NCBI GenBank assembly: GCA_964652615.1 | Contig: CAZZAT010000001.1 | Coordinates: forward strand, 8,070 to 72,069 | Direction: 5' to 3' | Length of the DNA stretch: 64,000 bases | From: an uncultured Candidatus Saccharibacteria bacterium | GTDB lineage: Bacteria; Patescibacteriota; Minisyncoccia; Phycocordibacterales; Phycocordibacteraceae | Part shown: positions 1-9,418 of the stretch, piece by piece | How positions within the stretch are numbered: the first letter of the stretch is position 1 | Layout: the number at the start of each line of letters is the position of its first letter | Translations under genes and position numbers: made by a program | The notes under the pieces: model-generated | Databases searched by the model: none | Seen by the model: only the letters and a program-made list of their open reading frames with translations | What the model was told of the DNA's origin: nothing

Positions 1-522
1 GGTGAGCGGCTCTTTCAGCAAGGCTTCATGGGCCCAGCGTATGCCGGTCAAAGGAGTGCGTAGCTGGTGCGCTGCGGTTGAAATGAAGTCAGACTTCACG
101 CGGGAAATCTCCGTATCCCGCTTATGCGACTCATTCACGGTATCGATAAGCGTATCAAAAGAGGTTGCAATAGCCTTTACTTCGCGAGGAGCCCCTTCAA
201 TGTCTTCAATAGAAGCGCGCGTACCGTCTGCCGCATACTGCTGCATAGCTTTTTCAAGGCGCTTCAAAGGACGCGCTACAAACGCGCTTAGCGCAAAGAA
301 GACAGCGAGCGTTGCGAAGAATCCAACAGCAAGTATCGCTATCGTTTGCGTTGCAAGCAGTACTTTGAGCGGTCCATCTATTTGAAGCGCAGTCTCAACC
401 GGCAGAAGCGCAATCACCTCTCCACGAAGCAAAAATGCAAAGAAGAAGAATAGCGCAGAAGCAACCGCAAGCACGGCGAAAAGAACAAGGCCAAGGAGAA
501 GCGCAAAACTCATACGCTTCAT
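1..522 (-). CDS. Sensor histidine kinase, N-terminal part (partial; C-terminus beyond the left window edge)
   Basis: Minus-strand frame is open from the ATG at 522-520 to position 1. Translation MKRMSFALLLGLVLFAVLAV... has two hydrophobic segments and then an H-box, STAAHQLRTPLTGIRWAHEAL, typical of a HisKA dimerisation domain. It is absent from the ORF track because there is no stop in the window. Confidence 0.55.
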   Translation of the reverse strand, partial: MKRMSFALLLGLVLFAVLAVASALFFFFAFLLRGEVIALLPVETALQIDGPLKVLLATQTIAILAVGFFATLAVFFALSAFVARPLKRLEKAMQQYAADGTRASIEDIEGAPREVKAIATSFDTLIDTVNESHKRDTEISRVKSDFISTAAHQLRTPLTGIRWAHEALLKEPLT

Positions 523-585
523 TCTACCCTACCGTTGACACGCTTCTTTGGGGGCGTAGTATCGAAAACAGAGAGGAGTACAGAA

Positions 586-1194
586 ATGGCAAGAATCATC
601 TCCTTTACCGGCCCTACGTGTGCCGGCAAAAGTACTTTGGCACGCGCACTTATTGCCGCATATCCTGGACGTGTCTCGTTTGGAGAAAGCGAGACAACGC
701 GCTCCCCGCGAAACGAGGAGGAAGCGTCTTCAGGTGAGTATCGCTATGTCAGCAAAGCGGAGTTCGAGCGAATGATCGCGAAGAACGAGCTTCTTTGGCA
801 TGTCGAACACGGCGGAAACTATTACGGCACGCGAAAGCAAACCATTCTTCGAGGCCTTGCAAGCGAAGAGCACATAACGCTCCTTATCTTAGTGCCAAGC
901 GTGCTCGGCACTCTCTTTGACTTCATCGCCAAGGAGCGCAAGGAACATCGGGATATTCTCGACTCGTGGATTGCCTGCTATGTGAATCCTCCATCGGAGG
1001 AAGAACTGCTTCGGCGCTTGCGAGAACGCGGCGATACCGACGAGCAGATACAGAAGCGCATGGTATCCGAGCGCAACTGGTTTAATGAAACAAGAACCTG
1101 CGGCAAGAGTCTGCAACTCTTGCAAGGATGCCGCTCGATTCGCGATAACTTGATGCGTATTGAACATTTCGTGCATCTGCATCAGGTTGCGTAA
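586..1194 (+). CDS. gmk: Guanylate kinase
   Basis: P-loop GPTCAGKSTL, then TTRSPR..E..G.EY.FVS, which is the guanylate kinase signature. The internal ATG at 586 (MARIISF) follows an A/G-rich GAGAGGAG stretch; the annotated ORF start at 535 is probably upstream read-through. Confidence 0.8.
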   Translation: MARIISFTGPTCAGKSTLARALIAAYPGRVSFGESETTRSPRNEEEASSGEYRYVSKAEFERMIAKNELLWHVEHGGNYYGTRKQTILRGLASEEHITLLILVPSVLGTLFDFIAKERKEHRDILDSWIACYVNPPSEEELLRRLRERGDTDEQIQKRMVSERNWFNETRTCGKSLQLLQGCRSIRDNLMRIEHFVHLHQVA

Positions 1195-1199
1195 ATGAT

Positions 1200-1230
1200 G
1201 CGCCCCCGCTATATGCGGGGGCGTTTTCTT
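1200..1230 (+). terminator. Intrinsic terminator after gmk
   Basis: GCGCCCCCGC-TATAT-GCGGGGGCG followed by TTTTCTT, starting 6 nt after the gmk stop. Confidence 0.6.
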
Positions 1231-1242
1231 ATCGGAACCCTA

Positions 1243-1265
1243 GCTGTCTGGGACGATGTTGGACC
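1243..1265 (+). promoter_or_regulatory. Copy a of the recurrent motif GCTGTCTGGGACGATGTTGGACC
   Basis: Near-identical 23-28 nt box also at 11133, 48550, 49059 and 49598. Here it lies between the convergent 3' ends of gmk and the 1298..1930 gene, followed by TTCTAGAGTT, which also follows copy b. Confidence 0.4.
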
Positions 1266-1297
1266 CTCTTAGTACTTTCTGGACGAAATTAAAACTT

Positions 1298-1930
1298 CTA
1301 GAGTTTCAATAGCGCTTTTAACCGATGCTTGGTCTGTGGGTGAATATTGTTTTTTGCCATATGCGCAAGGACTTGATCTTTTGCTCGAACTAATTCTCTT
1401 GCAATAAAGGGAGCTGTATCGAGGTACTGCTGGTAGCCCTCTTCGCTGACAACAAAATTTCGTTCGGTTTCTCCGTCAAAATGCAGCCCCTCTATACCCA
1501 TAGCTTGTAGTTCTTTGTTAACGTACGCAAAAGTACGTTCGTCAATACGCTTATTCCCAAAGAAACCGACCTTTGGTTTATCTAAAGTGCGTTCAGAATT
1601 CCGAACCCGCTCACGTATAGTTCCTCCGCGCACTTCTTCTGTGTTTTCAAACGCAGCGTGTATAGCTGGAAAGTGTTTCGGGAAGAGGACTTTCAGCACA
1701 CGGTGCGCATGCAGTGTTTCTTCAGCTCGCAGTTCTTTTCGAAAAGAATGAGCTATTACCAACTCTGGGTTTAACGGGTGCACCTCAACTAGACTCTCTG
1801 CACCCTTACCTAATACTTCTCTCCCGGCTTCCCGAAGTGCCTTTTCGGCCGCTCCCATGGCATCTCTATCGAAACGCAGTGGCGGCATACCTCCTTCTCC
1901 TGGTATCGGGGGAAATTTTTCGTTAGACAT
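1298..1930 (-). CDS. Hypothetical protein (210 aa)
   Basis: Long ORF with no recognisable motif. TATACT sits 7 nt upstream of the ATG, suggesting a leaderless or short-leader mRNA. Confidence 0.5.
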   Translation of the reverse strand: MSNEKFPPIPGEGGMPPLRFDRDAMGAAEKALREAGREVLGKGAESLVEVHPLNPELVIAHSFRKELRAEETLHAHRVLKVLFPKHFPAIHAAFENTEEVRGGTIRERVRNSERTLDKPKVGFFGNKRIDERTFAYVNKELQAMGIEGLHFDGETERNFVVSEEGYQQYLDTAPFIARELVRAKDQVLAHMAKNNIHPQTKHRLKALLKL

Positions 1931-1972
1931 AGAATTGAGTATAGCAACCTACTGGCGTCCTACGATTCGAAC

Positions 1973-4036
1973 CTACCCACTCAAAGGCTTCCTCTTTCTT
2001 GCTTTCTTCACCTTCGGTCCCGTCCCTTCAAGTTCATACAACTCATCACGGATAAGCGCAGCTGTTTCAAAGTCGAGCGCCTCCACTGCTTCTGCCATTT
2101 TGAGCCGCAGCTCCTTTGCAAAGCGCTTCGGATCTTTCTTAAAGAGTTCTGTATCAACCGAAAGCATCGAATCCACTGTCTTCTGATGTTCGCTTCGCAT
2201 GCTCTCTGCAATATCGCGAATCTCTTTCTTAATGGTCTCTGGCGTGATGCCGTGCTTTTCGTTGTATGCAAGCTGTATGGCGCGACGTCTGTTAGTTTCT
2301 TCAATGGCGCGCTCCATAGAGCCGGTCATGACGTCTGCATAGAGGATGACGCGGCCAAGCACGTTTCTTGCTGCACGACCTATCGTTTGAATAAGAGATG
2401 TTTCGCTTCGAAGGAAACCTTCCTTGTCCGCATCAAGAATACCCACCAGCTCCACCTCCGGAAGATCTAGTCCCTCGCGAAGCAAGTTCACGCCAACCAG
2501 CACATCAAAGGTTCCTTTGCGAAAGGCAGTGAGAATATCGATGCGCTCAATGGTTTTCACATCAGAGTGCAGATACTCTGCCTTTATCTTTCGCTCCTTC
2601 AAGAACTCGGCAAGATCTTCTGCCATTTGCTTGGTGAGTGTGGTTGCAAGCGCGCGACCTCCACGTGCGATAACAACTTCCACTTCAGAAATAAAATCAG
2701 CAACCTGTCCCTTGTATTCGCCTGATTGAACAATAGGGCGAAGCGTAAGTTCGGGATCCACAAGACCGGTAGGGCGGATGATCTGCTCTACGACTTGGCC
2801 GTTTGGAGAAACGCTGTGCTCTTTCTCATATCCTCCTGGAGTGGCTGATGTAAAGATGACTTGGCCGATACGCTCTTCAAACTCCTCAAAGCGAAGCGGC
2901 CTATTATCACGCGCAGACGGCAAGCGGAAACCATACTCAACGAGATTGTCTTTTCGTGAACGATCACCCGCATACATGCCGCCAATCTGGGGTACCGTTA
3001 CGTGCGACTCGTCGATAACCGTAAGAAAGTCAGGCTTTCCTTCTTTGGTATGCGGGAAGTAGGAAAGTAGCGTATGCGGTGGCTCTCCCGAAGCGCGTCC
3101 ATCAAAGTGGCGCGAGTAGTTCTCTATGCCGTTCGTATACCCAATTTCTTGAATAAGCGCGATGTCATGCAAGGTACGGCGCTTGATGCGCTCTGCTTCA
3201 AGCGGCTTCTCTTCGCGCTTAAATTTTGCCAGCTGCTCATCAAGCTCTGCACGTATATCTTCGAGTGCCCTATTCCTCTCATCGTCCGAAGTAACAAAAT
3301 GCTTTGCAGGGAAAATAAACAAAGAGTCAGGCTCTGAAAGAAGGGCACGCGACACCGGATCAAGACACTCGATAGCAGCAATAACGTCGCCATCAAAGCG
3401 AAGCCTGTAGATGACGCGCTCGTTAACCGGCATCACTTCAAGCGCATTCCCTACCGCACGCACCTTCCCCGGCTCAAGGTCTGCATTCGTACGCTCGAAA
3501 TATATCTTGATGAGCTTTCGCACTAATGCAGCACGGTTCTCCTCGCCGCCCTTTTGAAGCTTCAGTATGGCTTCTGCATAGCGTGAGGGAGAGCCGAGAC
3601 CGTAAATAGCGGAAACAGACGCGACAATGATGACGTCTTTGCGCGTCAAAAGCGCTTGTGCTGCTGCGTGGCGCAATCTGTCTATCTCCGCGTTAATCTG
3701 CGCTTCTTTTTCAATATAGGTATCAGAGTGCGCAAGATACGCTTCCGGCTGGTAGTAGTCGTAGTAGGAGACGAAGTAGTGGACAGCATTTTCAGGAAAG
3801 AACTCTCGGTACTCCTGCGCAAGCTGTGCCGCAAGCGTTTTGTTGTGCGCTAACACTAACGTCGTCTTCTGCGTCTGATTAATGACATTCGCTATCGTAT
3901 ATGTCTTGCCTGTTCCTGTTGCGCCAAGCAAGGTCTGGCTTCTCATGCCTTTCTCGACGCCCTTGGAGAGCGCCTTAATAGCCTTCGGCTGGTCGCCTGC
4001 AGGAGGAAACGGGGTATGGAGCTTAAAGCCTGACAT
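1973..4036 (-). CDS. uvrB: Excinuclease ABC subunit B
   Basis: Walker A GATGTGKT near the N-terminus, helicase motifs, and a C-terminal UVR domain (ALIRDELYELEG). Start placed at MSGFKLHTPFP (ATG complement at 4036); the ORF-track start at 4096 adds 20 aa of read-through. Confidence 0.9.
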   Translation of the reverse strand: MSGFKLHTPFPPAGDQPKAIKALSKGVEKGMRSQTLLGATGTGKTYTIANVINQTQKTTLVLAHNKTLAAQLAQEYREFFPENAVHYFVSYYDYYQPEAYLAHSDTYIEKEAQINAEIDRLRHAAAQALLTRKDVIIVASVSAIYGLGSPSRYAEAILKLQKGGEENRAALVRKLIKIYFERTNADLEPGKVRAVGNALEVMPVNERVIYRLRFDGDVIAAIECLDPVSRALLSEPDSLFIFPAKHFVTSDDERNRALEDIRAELDEQLAKFKREEKPLEAERIKRRTLHDIALIQEIGYTNGIENYSRHFDGRASGEPPHTLLSYFPHTKEGKPDFLTVIDESHVTVPQIGGMYAGDRSRKDNLVEYGFRLPSARDNRPLRFEEFEERIGQVIFTSATPGGYEKEHSVSPNGQVVEQIIRPTGLVDPELTLRPIVQSGEYKGQVADFISEVEVVIARGGRALATTLTKQMAEDLAEFLKERKIKAEYLHSDVKTIERIDILTAFRKGTFDVLVGVNLLREGLDLPEVELVGILDADKEGFLRSETSLIQTIGRAARNVLGRVILYADVMTGSMERAIEETNRRRAIQLAYNEKHGITPETIKKEIRDIAESMRSEHQKTVDSMLSVDTELFKKDPKRFAKELRLKMAEAVEALDFETAALIRDELYELEGTGPKVKKARKRKPLSG

Positions 4037-4106
4037 GAGGCGAGTATAGCAAAAGGGCGCGGCATTCTCTGCCGCGCCCTTCCCACCACACACCAATGCC
4101 TATCTG

Positions 4107-4385
4107 CTATTTGCCGACGCCTGCTTCAAACGCGACTTTCACCACTTGGTCATAGAGCCAAGCGATATCGCCTTCGTGCGCATGCAGAATCGTCTGAAGC
4201 GCTCCGCGGCGGCGAATGACGTTCCGGAGGTCTTCCGAAACCGTCTGTCCTTCGCCTTCCTCAAGTTCGTGCTCCTCGTCGAGATAGAAGAGCTCGAGGT
4301 CAGAGCCGAGCTTGGGACGCAACTCTACGATCTTTTCAATCGTGAAGCAGTCAGTGACAGCAAGCAGTTGATCGATAGTTTGCAT
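4107..4385 (-). CDS. Small acidic hypothetical protein (92 aa), co-directional downstream of tgt
   Basis: ORF MQTIDQLLAVTDCF... with an AAGGA SD-like sequence upstream of the ATG at 4385. The longer track ORF (to 4559) overlaps tgt and is probably spurious. Confidence 0.4.
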   Translation of the reverse strand: MQTIDQLLAVTDCFTIEKIVELRPKLGSDLELFYLDEEHELEEGEGQTVSEDLRNVIRRRGALQTILHAHEGDIAWLYDQVVKVAFEAGVGK

Positions 4386-4455
4386 TGGTGGTCCTTTTTG
4401 TACAACCGCCTCACGTGGGCGGGTTACCGATACTACACTACGAATATAAGTCGTG

Positions 4456-5673
4456 TCAAGAACCGTAATAGTCGCGCATAAACGCTTCTTTGTATTCTTT
4501 GAAGCGTCCTTCGTGGAGCGCTTTGCGTGCTCCATCAACGAGCTGGAGAATAAACCCAAGGTTGTGCGTTGATGCTATCACTGAACCGAGCATTTCCTTT
4601 GAACGCGTGAGATGCGAGACATAGGCACGTGTAAATCCTTCAGTTCCAGGAACAATGGTTTCAGGATCAAGCGGACCATAATCAGTGGTGAATTCTCCGT
4701 TTCGAAGATGGCGTATCCCCCGTCTCGTATAGATAGAGCCATGGCGCCCAATACGCGTTGCCGCAACACAATCAAAGAGATCAAGTCCCTCTTCAATGCC
4801 AAGCAGCAAATCCCCTGGCTCTCCAATACCAAGGAAATGGCGCGGCTTCTCTTCAGGAAGATCTGGAATAGCAGCTTGTAAAGCTCCTTGCATATCCTCT
4901 TTACTAAACGAACCCCCGATACCAAATCCGTCGAAATCCATCGAGGCTGTTTCTTTTGCACTCTCTCGGCGCAAGTCTTCGTATCTTCCGCCCTGCACAA
5001 TGCCAAATATTGCCTGCTTACGATTCGCTTCGATGTTCTGCCTGTGCGCTTTCAAGGAACGCAGTGCCCAGCGATGCGTTCTGTCCATGGCTTCTTTTTG
5101 ATACTCGTAGGGTTCGGTAGGGGCAGTGCATTCATCAAACGCAAAGAACATATCTGCGCCAAGCGCATGCTGTATTTCAATTGAACGTTCAGGAGTAAAG
5201 CGATGCAGGGTGCCGTCATGATGCGAGGTAAAGGTAACGCCTTCATCATCAATGATAGCGAGCTGCCCGTGCTGGCTCTGCACGTCTTCGTCATATACAG
5301 AAACGCCATGCTCGCGCGGCTCCTCCTCGCCTTTTGCAATCTTGGTTATCGTCCTGCCAAATGCAGCCCCAAGCGAGAATACTTGAAAGCCTCCCGAGTC
5401 CGTCATGGTAGGACCCTTCCAGTTCATAAATAGCGCAAGTCCTCCAGCAGCCTTCACTATCTGTTCGCCGGGCTGTAAATATAGATGGTACGTGTTCGCA
5501 AGCACGACTTGCGCACCCATAGCTTTCAAAGCTTCGGGCAAGACGCCCTTTACATTCGCTTTAGTTCCTACCGGCACAAAGGCCGGCGTCTCAATAACGC
5601 CGTTTGGTGTAGTGAGTGTCCCTGCACGCGCTCTGCCATCACGCGTGGTTATAGAAAAGGAAATGGCCCCCAT
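4456..5673 (-). CDS. tgt: Queuine tRNA-ribosyltransferase (tRNA-guanine transglycosylase)
   Basis: N-terminus FSITTRDGRARAGTLTTPNGVIETPAFVPVGT, then ANTYHLYLQPG and MTDSGGFQ, all characteristic Tgt motifs. Confidence 0.85.
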   Translation of the reverse strand: MGAISFSITTRDGRARAGTLTTPNGVIETPAFVPVGTKANVKGVLPEALKAMGAQVVLANTYHLYLQPGEQIVKAAGGLALFMNWKGPTMTDSGGFQVFSLGAAFGRTITKIAKGEEEPREHGVSVYDEDVQSQHGQLAIIDDEGVTFTSHHDGTLHRFTPERSIEIQHALGADMFFAFDECTAPTEPYEYQKEAMDRTHRWALRSLKAHRQNIEANRKQAIFGIVQGGRYEDLRRESAKETASMDFDGFGIGGSFSKEDMQGALQAAIPDLPEEKPRHFLGIGEPGDLLLGIEEGLDLFDCVAATRIGRHGSIYTRRGIRHLRNGEFTTDYGPLDPETIVPGTEGFTRAYVSHLTRSKEMLGSVIASTHNLGFILQLVDGARKALHEGRFKEYKEAFMRDYYGS

Positions 5674-5716
5674 CAGCTCAAAGTAGCGACAGGAGCCATT
5701 TCGTGCAAGTACGCTT

Positions 5717-6196
5717 CTACTCTACGCCAAGAAGCTCTACCTCAAAGATAAGCGTTGAGTTTGGTGGAATAGTGCCCACTGCTTGAGCGCCGTAGCCAAG
5801 TTCCGGCGGAATAACCAAAGTGCGCTTGCCGCCAACCTTCATACCGGCAACACCCTGTTCCCAGCCTTGAATGACCATGCCTGCGCCAAGAGGAAATGAG
5901 AACGGCTGACCGCGAGATACTGATGAGTCAAATACTTGCCCACTCTGAAGCGTTCCGGTGTAGTGCACCGTTACGTTTTTCCCTGGAACTGCCTCTTCGC
6001 CCGTACCCACTACCACGTCTGTAACCATAAGTGCTCCTTCGTTATCTGAAAATGCAGGCATCGCTGCTTCTTCCGGCATCGATTGAAACGGAGAGAAGAG
6101 CGAGGGCCCAAGAAACAGGAATCCAAGCGCAACTACCACCGCAAGCGATACTGCAATTGCGGTGGGAGTAATGCCTTTAGTGTCTTGTTGTGCCAT
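5717..6196 (-). CDS. FKBP-type peptidyl-prolyl cis-trans isomerase with N-terminal membrane anchor
   Basis: C-terminal FKBP domain: GKNVTVHYTGTLQSGQVFDSS..RGQPFSFPLGAGMVIQGWEQGVAGMKVGGKRTLVIPPELGYG. Confidence 0.75.
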   Translation of the reverse strand: MAQQDTKGITPTAIAVSLAVVVALGFLFLGPSLFSPFQSMPEEAAMPAFSDNEGALMVTDVVVGTGEEAVPGKNVTVHYTGTLQSGQVFDSSVSRGQPFSFPLGAGMVIQGWEQGVAGMKVGGKRTLVIPPELGYGAQAVGTIPPNSTLIFEVELLGVE

Positions 6197-6250
6197 GCCT
6201 AGCAGTATAGCAGGTAGAGCCTTCTCACCACCCTCTCTGGGGACAAGTGC

Positions 6251-8989
6251 TTAGGAGAGGTAGCGTTCGCGTATTTCTGCCTCAACGGTCTTACGATCCC
6301 TGCCATAGGTGAGGTAGGAAAGCTCGCGAAGATCGTTTACCTGCTCTTGGTTTCCCTTTGGAAGATCTACCGTGCGGATATTGAAGGGCTTTTGCGGCAC
6401 GCCTTCAGCCAGAATGCGCACATACGCATTGCGATTCTCGATATTCACAAAATCAAGCGCTTTGAATGCAGGCGCAAACTGCTTCTCGAAGAATTCGCCG
6501 TCTTCCTCGCCTACACGAAACACTGCCATGGAACCGACGTTGCCGAATACTGCATCGCGTATCTTTTCATCTATCTGCTTCAAGAACTGGTGTGCAATCG
6601 TAAGGGACAGTTTGTATTTACGTGCTTCAGAGAGAATGCCTGGAATGGAATCGGTGGTGATGTTTTGGAACTCATCGATATAGAGGTAGAAGGGCGCAAA
6701 GTTTCCGCGCGGATCATCGGCTCTCGAGAGCGCTGCCATGAAAATCTTGCCTACCATGATAAGACCGAGAAGGTTTGCGTTTCTCTCGCCCAGGCGGCCC
6801 TTGGAGAGATTCACTAAGAGAATCTTCCGGTTATCCATGACGTCGCGGAAGTTAAAGGAGGAATACTGCTGCCCTACGATAGGGCGCATGAAGTCGTTTG
6901 CCGTGAAGTCATCGAACTTGTTCGTGATATAGGGCACGATGTTTTCCAAAGATGCTTCGCCTCCCGCCTGCGTTGCAATCTTTTCCCAGAATTGATTCAC
7001 CACAAGATTATTGCTTCGTGAGAGCTTCATATTGCGAAACGCAGAGTCTGAAAGTACGCGTCCAATATCAAGCATGGTTGAGCCAGAGGCAGGATCTTCC
7101 ATGACGAGAAGCGTTGCGTTGCGGAAGTACTGCTCGAAGGCAGGACCCATGCTTTCAGGCACATCGCCATAGAGTCTGCGGAAAATAGCGAGAAGCTCGT
7201 TCACGATGAACGTCTTTTGTTCAGGACGGTTTTCATCGTACTCAAGCAGGTTTAAACCAAAAGGACGCGAGAGCTCTGCGGGGTCAAAGTAAATGACATC
7301 CTCATAGCGCTCGGGCGGCACCAGAGAGAGCACATCGATAATGTCAGAGCCGTGCGGGTCGATGAAGCACACACCCTCGCCGTTTTTCATATCCTGCTCA
7401 ATCAAGGTCTTCATGAATCCGGTCTTTCCAGTTCCCGTCTGCCCTATCACATACAGGTGCCGCAACCTATCAGCAGGCGATAGGCGCACCGCAGCTTCCT
7501 GCCCGCGAAATGCGTTTCTACCGAGTTGAAGACCCTCTCGCGGAAGTGAGAGCGGGGCTGCCGCTGCGGTAAAACGGGATTGCTTTAGGTGCGGCGAAGA
7601 TACGATACCTTTAGGCGGATAGTGATAGAGGCCCGTAAGCTCTTTCAAGGAAAGTGGCATGCGCGCTTCGTGCGAGAAGAGGCGGTAAGTGAGGTTGTGG
7701 TAAAAGCGCTTTGAGTCTCCTTTCTTGATGCGCTTAAAGCCAACGCGGTTTCCTTTTGTGTTTTCGTACTGATTAAAGGCAGCTTCAAGTTCCCCGATAA
7801 TAGCAGAAGCTCTTCCGGGAGCTGCTGACGAAGCAACAAGGCGGATGTTGGTTTCAACAACCGGAGAAGCCATCTTCTTCTCAACGCCTTCTATTGCCGT
7901 CTGGTCAGGCCCGTAGCTTGATGTCTTCGTATCACCCTTCAATATTGAGCGCGTCTCGTACGCAAAATCAGAGAATAGGTCGTGTGAGATTCTAAACGCT
8001 TCACGCTTTGAGACTCCTTTGCGCAGTTCTTTCAACATTCTGCGGTACGTATTCACATACTTATCCTTTTGCGGCTTGAAGATGATTTGCACGGCAGCAC
8101 CCTCGTCCTCAGGCGCAATCTTTGCAAAAGCATTCAAGAGCGCATTCAAGGGGTCGTATTCGAAGTCTTGGTAGTCCTTCAAGGGCAGCGGATGCGCGCT
8201 CTCAAGCTTTGCAAGGGAGCCTTCATTTTCTCCGTCTTGCACAAAGATGTTGTAGTCGTTTGGAGAGACTTCCATGACCGCATGTGGAAACACGGCGAGC
8301 ACTTGTTTCTCAAAGAGATCTCTGCGGGAGTTTGGTACAGCCGCATAGAAACGAAGCTCTGGTGTATCGACAGGAACGGCAAGCTCAAGCGCAAAGTACG
8401 GCGGTTCTCCGCTGTACGCATCTTCAACAGCAAGCATGCCGCTATAAAACTGCTCCATGGGAGCAACTAATTCTCGAAACGCGCGGCGTATACCTCCCTC
8501 TTCCTCGCTTGCTTTCTCGGGGAGCGCTACTTGATACAACGTCATATGAAGCGACTTCCACTCGGGAGCATTTTCAGCAAGACCTTTGAGTGTCCTTCCG
8601 GTAAGGAGGTAGGCAACAAGATAGCGATGGAAATCGTCTTCTAGGTGCGGGCTCTTTAATTTTTCAAGAACAGAGAATGCGTTATGAATGCCCCGAGCCT
8701 CCATAATGAGGCGAAGCTCTTCCATCGTCTCATCATCGCTTTCAGGATCAAGGTTAAGCGCAAGCTCTCTCGCCTCTGTTTCAGGTATCTGATAGTCAGG
8801 ATGGAGCAATTGACCAGCTGGCGTCTTCACATGCTTCGCAAGGCGCTCGCGTGCAGCTGCTTCAGGAGAAACCGGACGCCGCATGCGTTCAAGTTCGCGC
8901 TCTTTCGCTTCAATTTGTGCGCGCAAATGTGCGAGCTCCGCTTCTGGGGAATCGATAGGCGCTACAGGCCCCTCATACTGCATTTCCAT
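6251..8989 (-). CDS. Large P-loop ATPase (912 aa): VirD4/TraG-like C-terminal half, N-terminal ~450 aa without recognisable homology
   Basis: Walker A VIGQTGTGKTGF; CFIDPHGSD (HerA/VirB4/VirD4-type); Walker B FYLYIDEFQN (DEF as in TraG/VirD4); downstream LSLTIAHQFLKQ (AxQ...Q as in coupling proteins). The N-terminal half matches nothing I recognise. Confidence 0.55.
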   Translation of the reverse strand: MEMQYEGPVAPIDSPEAELAHLRAQIEAKERELERMRRPVSPEAAARERLAKHVKTPAGQLLHPDYQIPETEARELALNLDPESDDETMEELRLIMEARGIHNAFSVLEKLKSPHLEDDFHRYLVAYLLTGRTLKGLAENAPEWKSLHMTLYQVALPEKASEEEGGIRRAFRELVAPMEQFYSGMLAVEDAYSGEPPYFALELAVPVDTPELRFYAAVPNSRRDLFEKQVLAVFPHAVMEVSPNDYNIFVQDGENEGSLAKLESAHPLPLKDYQDFEYDPLNALLNAFAKIAPEDEGAAVQIIFKPQKDKYVNTYRRMLKELRKGVSKREAFRISHDLFSDFAYETRSILKGDTKTSSYGPDQTAIEGVEKKMASPVVETNIRLVASSAAPGRASAIIGELEAAFNQYENTKGNRVGFKRIKKGDSKRFYHNLTYRLFSHEARMPLSLKELTGLYHYPPKGIVSSPHLKQSRFTAAAAPLSLPREGLQLGRNAFRGQEAAVRLSPADRLRHLYVIGQTGTGKTGFMKTLIEQDMKNGEGVCFIDPHGSDIIDVLSLVPPERYEDVIYFDPAELSRPFGLNLLEYDENRPEQKTFIVNELLAIFRRLYGDVPESMGPAFEQYFRNATLLVMEDPASGSTMLDIGRVLSDSAFRNMKLSRSNNLVVNQFWEKIATQAGGEASLENIVPYITNKFDDFTANDFMRPIVGQQYSSFNFRDVMDNRKILLVNLSKGRLGERNANLLGLIMVGKIFMAALSRADDPRGNFAPFYLYIDEFQNITTDSIPGILSEARKYKLSLTIAHQFLKQIDEKIRDAVFGNVGSMAVFRVGEEDGEFFEKQFAPAFKALDFVNIENRNAYVRILAEGVPQKPFNIRTVDLPKGNQEQVNDLRELSYLTYGRDRKTVEAEIRERYLS

Positions 8990-9025
8990 TACCGTTTAGT
9001 ATACGGTACGAATGCACGAGTTTCG

Positions 9026-9418
9026 TTAGGCTACTTTGCGTATACCACCAAAAAGCCAGTTGATAAGCGAGAGGACAAGCGCAAAGAGAAGCGCCATCCA
9101 GAAACCTGCTACCGCAAATCCTGGAACAATCATCGCAGCGAGCATGACGAGAAGCGCGTTTATAACAAGCGAGAACAAGCCGAGCGTCAGGATATTTATA
9201 GGAAGCGTCAGGAGCGATATGACTGGCTTAATGAATATGTTTATGAGCGCAAGCACCACCGCAAGCACGAGAGCGCCCATAAGCGTAACTTCGGTGCCAG
9301 GTACAAGATATGCCGCAAGCAAGATAGCAACAACGGAAACAAACCAGTGAAGGATAGTCATAGGGTGTTCGTTATGGGTATATACAGAAAGCATACGGTA
9401 TTCTCGTGAACTTTTCAT
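9026..9418 (-). CDS. Four-TM membrane protein, DUF360 / phage-holin-4-like family
   Basis: Translation ...ILLAAYLVPG...LINIFIKPVISLLTLPINILTLGLFSLVINALLVMLAAMIVPGF resembles the putative-holin DUF360 family. The true start may be the internal M (MTILHWF). Confidence 0.5.
   Translation of the reverse strand: MKSSREYRMLSVYTHNEHPMTILHWFVSVVAILLAAYLVPGTEVTLMGALVLAVVLALINIFIKPVISLLTLPINILTLGLFSLVINALLVMLAAMIVPGFAVAGFWMALLFALVLSLINWLFGGIRKVA

Noticed and set aside
1946-1975. tRNA-like fragment GGCGTCCTACGATTCGAACCTACCC between uvrB and the 210 aa gene
   Set aside because: It contains GGTTCGAAT on the minus strand but the flanks do not pair into a T-arm or acceptor. More likely it is a weak relative of the TTCGAAC-containing regulatory box, or chance.
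2008-4096. N-terminal extensions and nested or antisense ORFs in the track (e.g. uvrB to 4096, serS to 22299, relA from 27044, iscS to 42144, pyrF to 32757, 2008-2304, 2186-2470, 889-1182, 27656-27964)
   Set aside because: Conserved N-termini of the recognised proteins begin at internal Met codons. The nested ORFs lie antisense or out of frame inside confidently identified genes.
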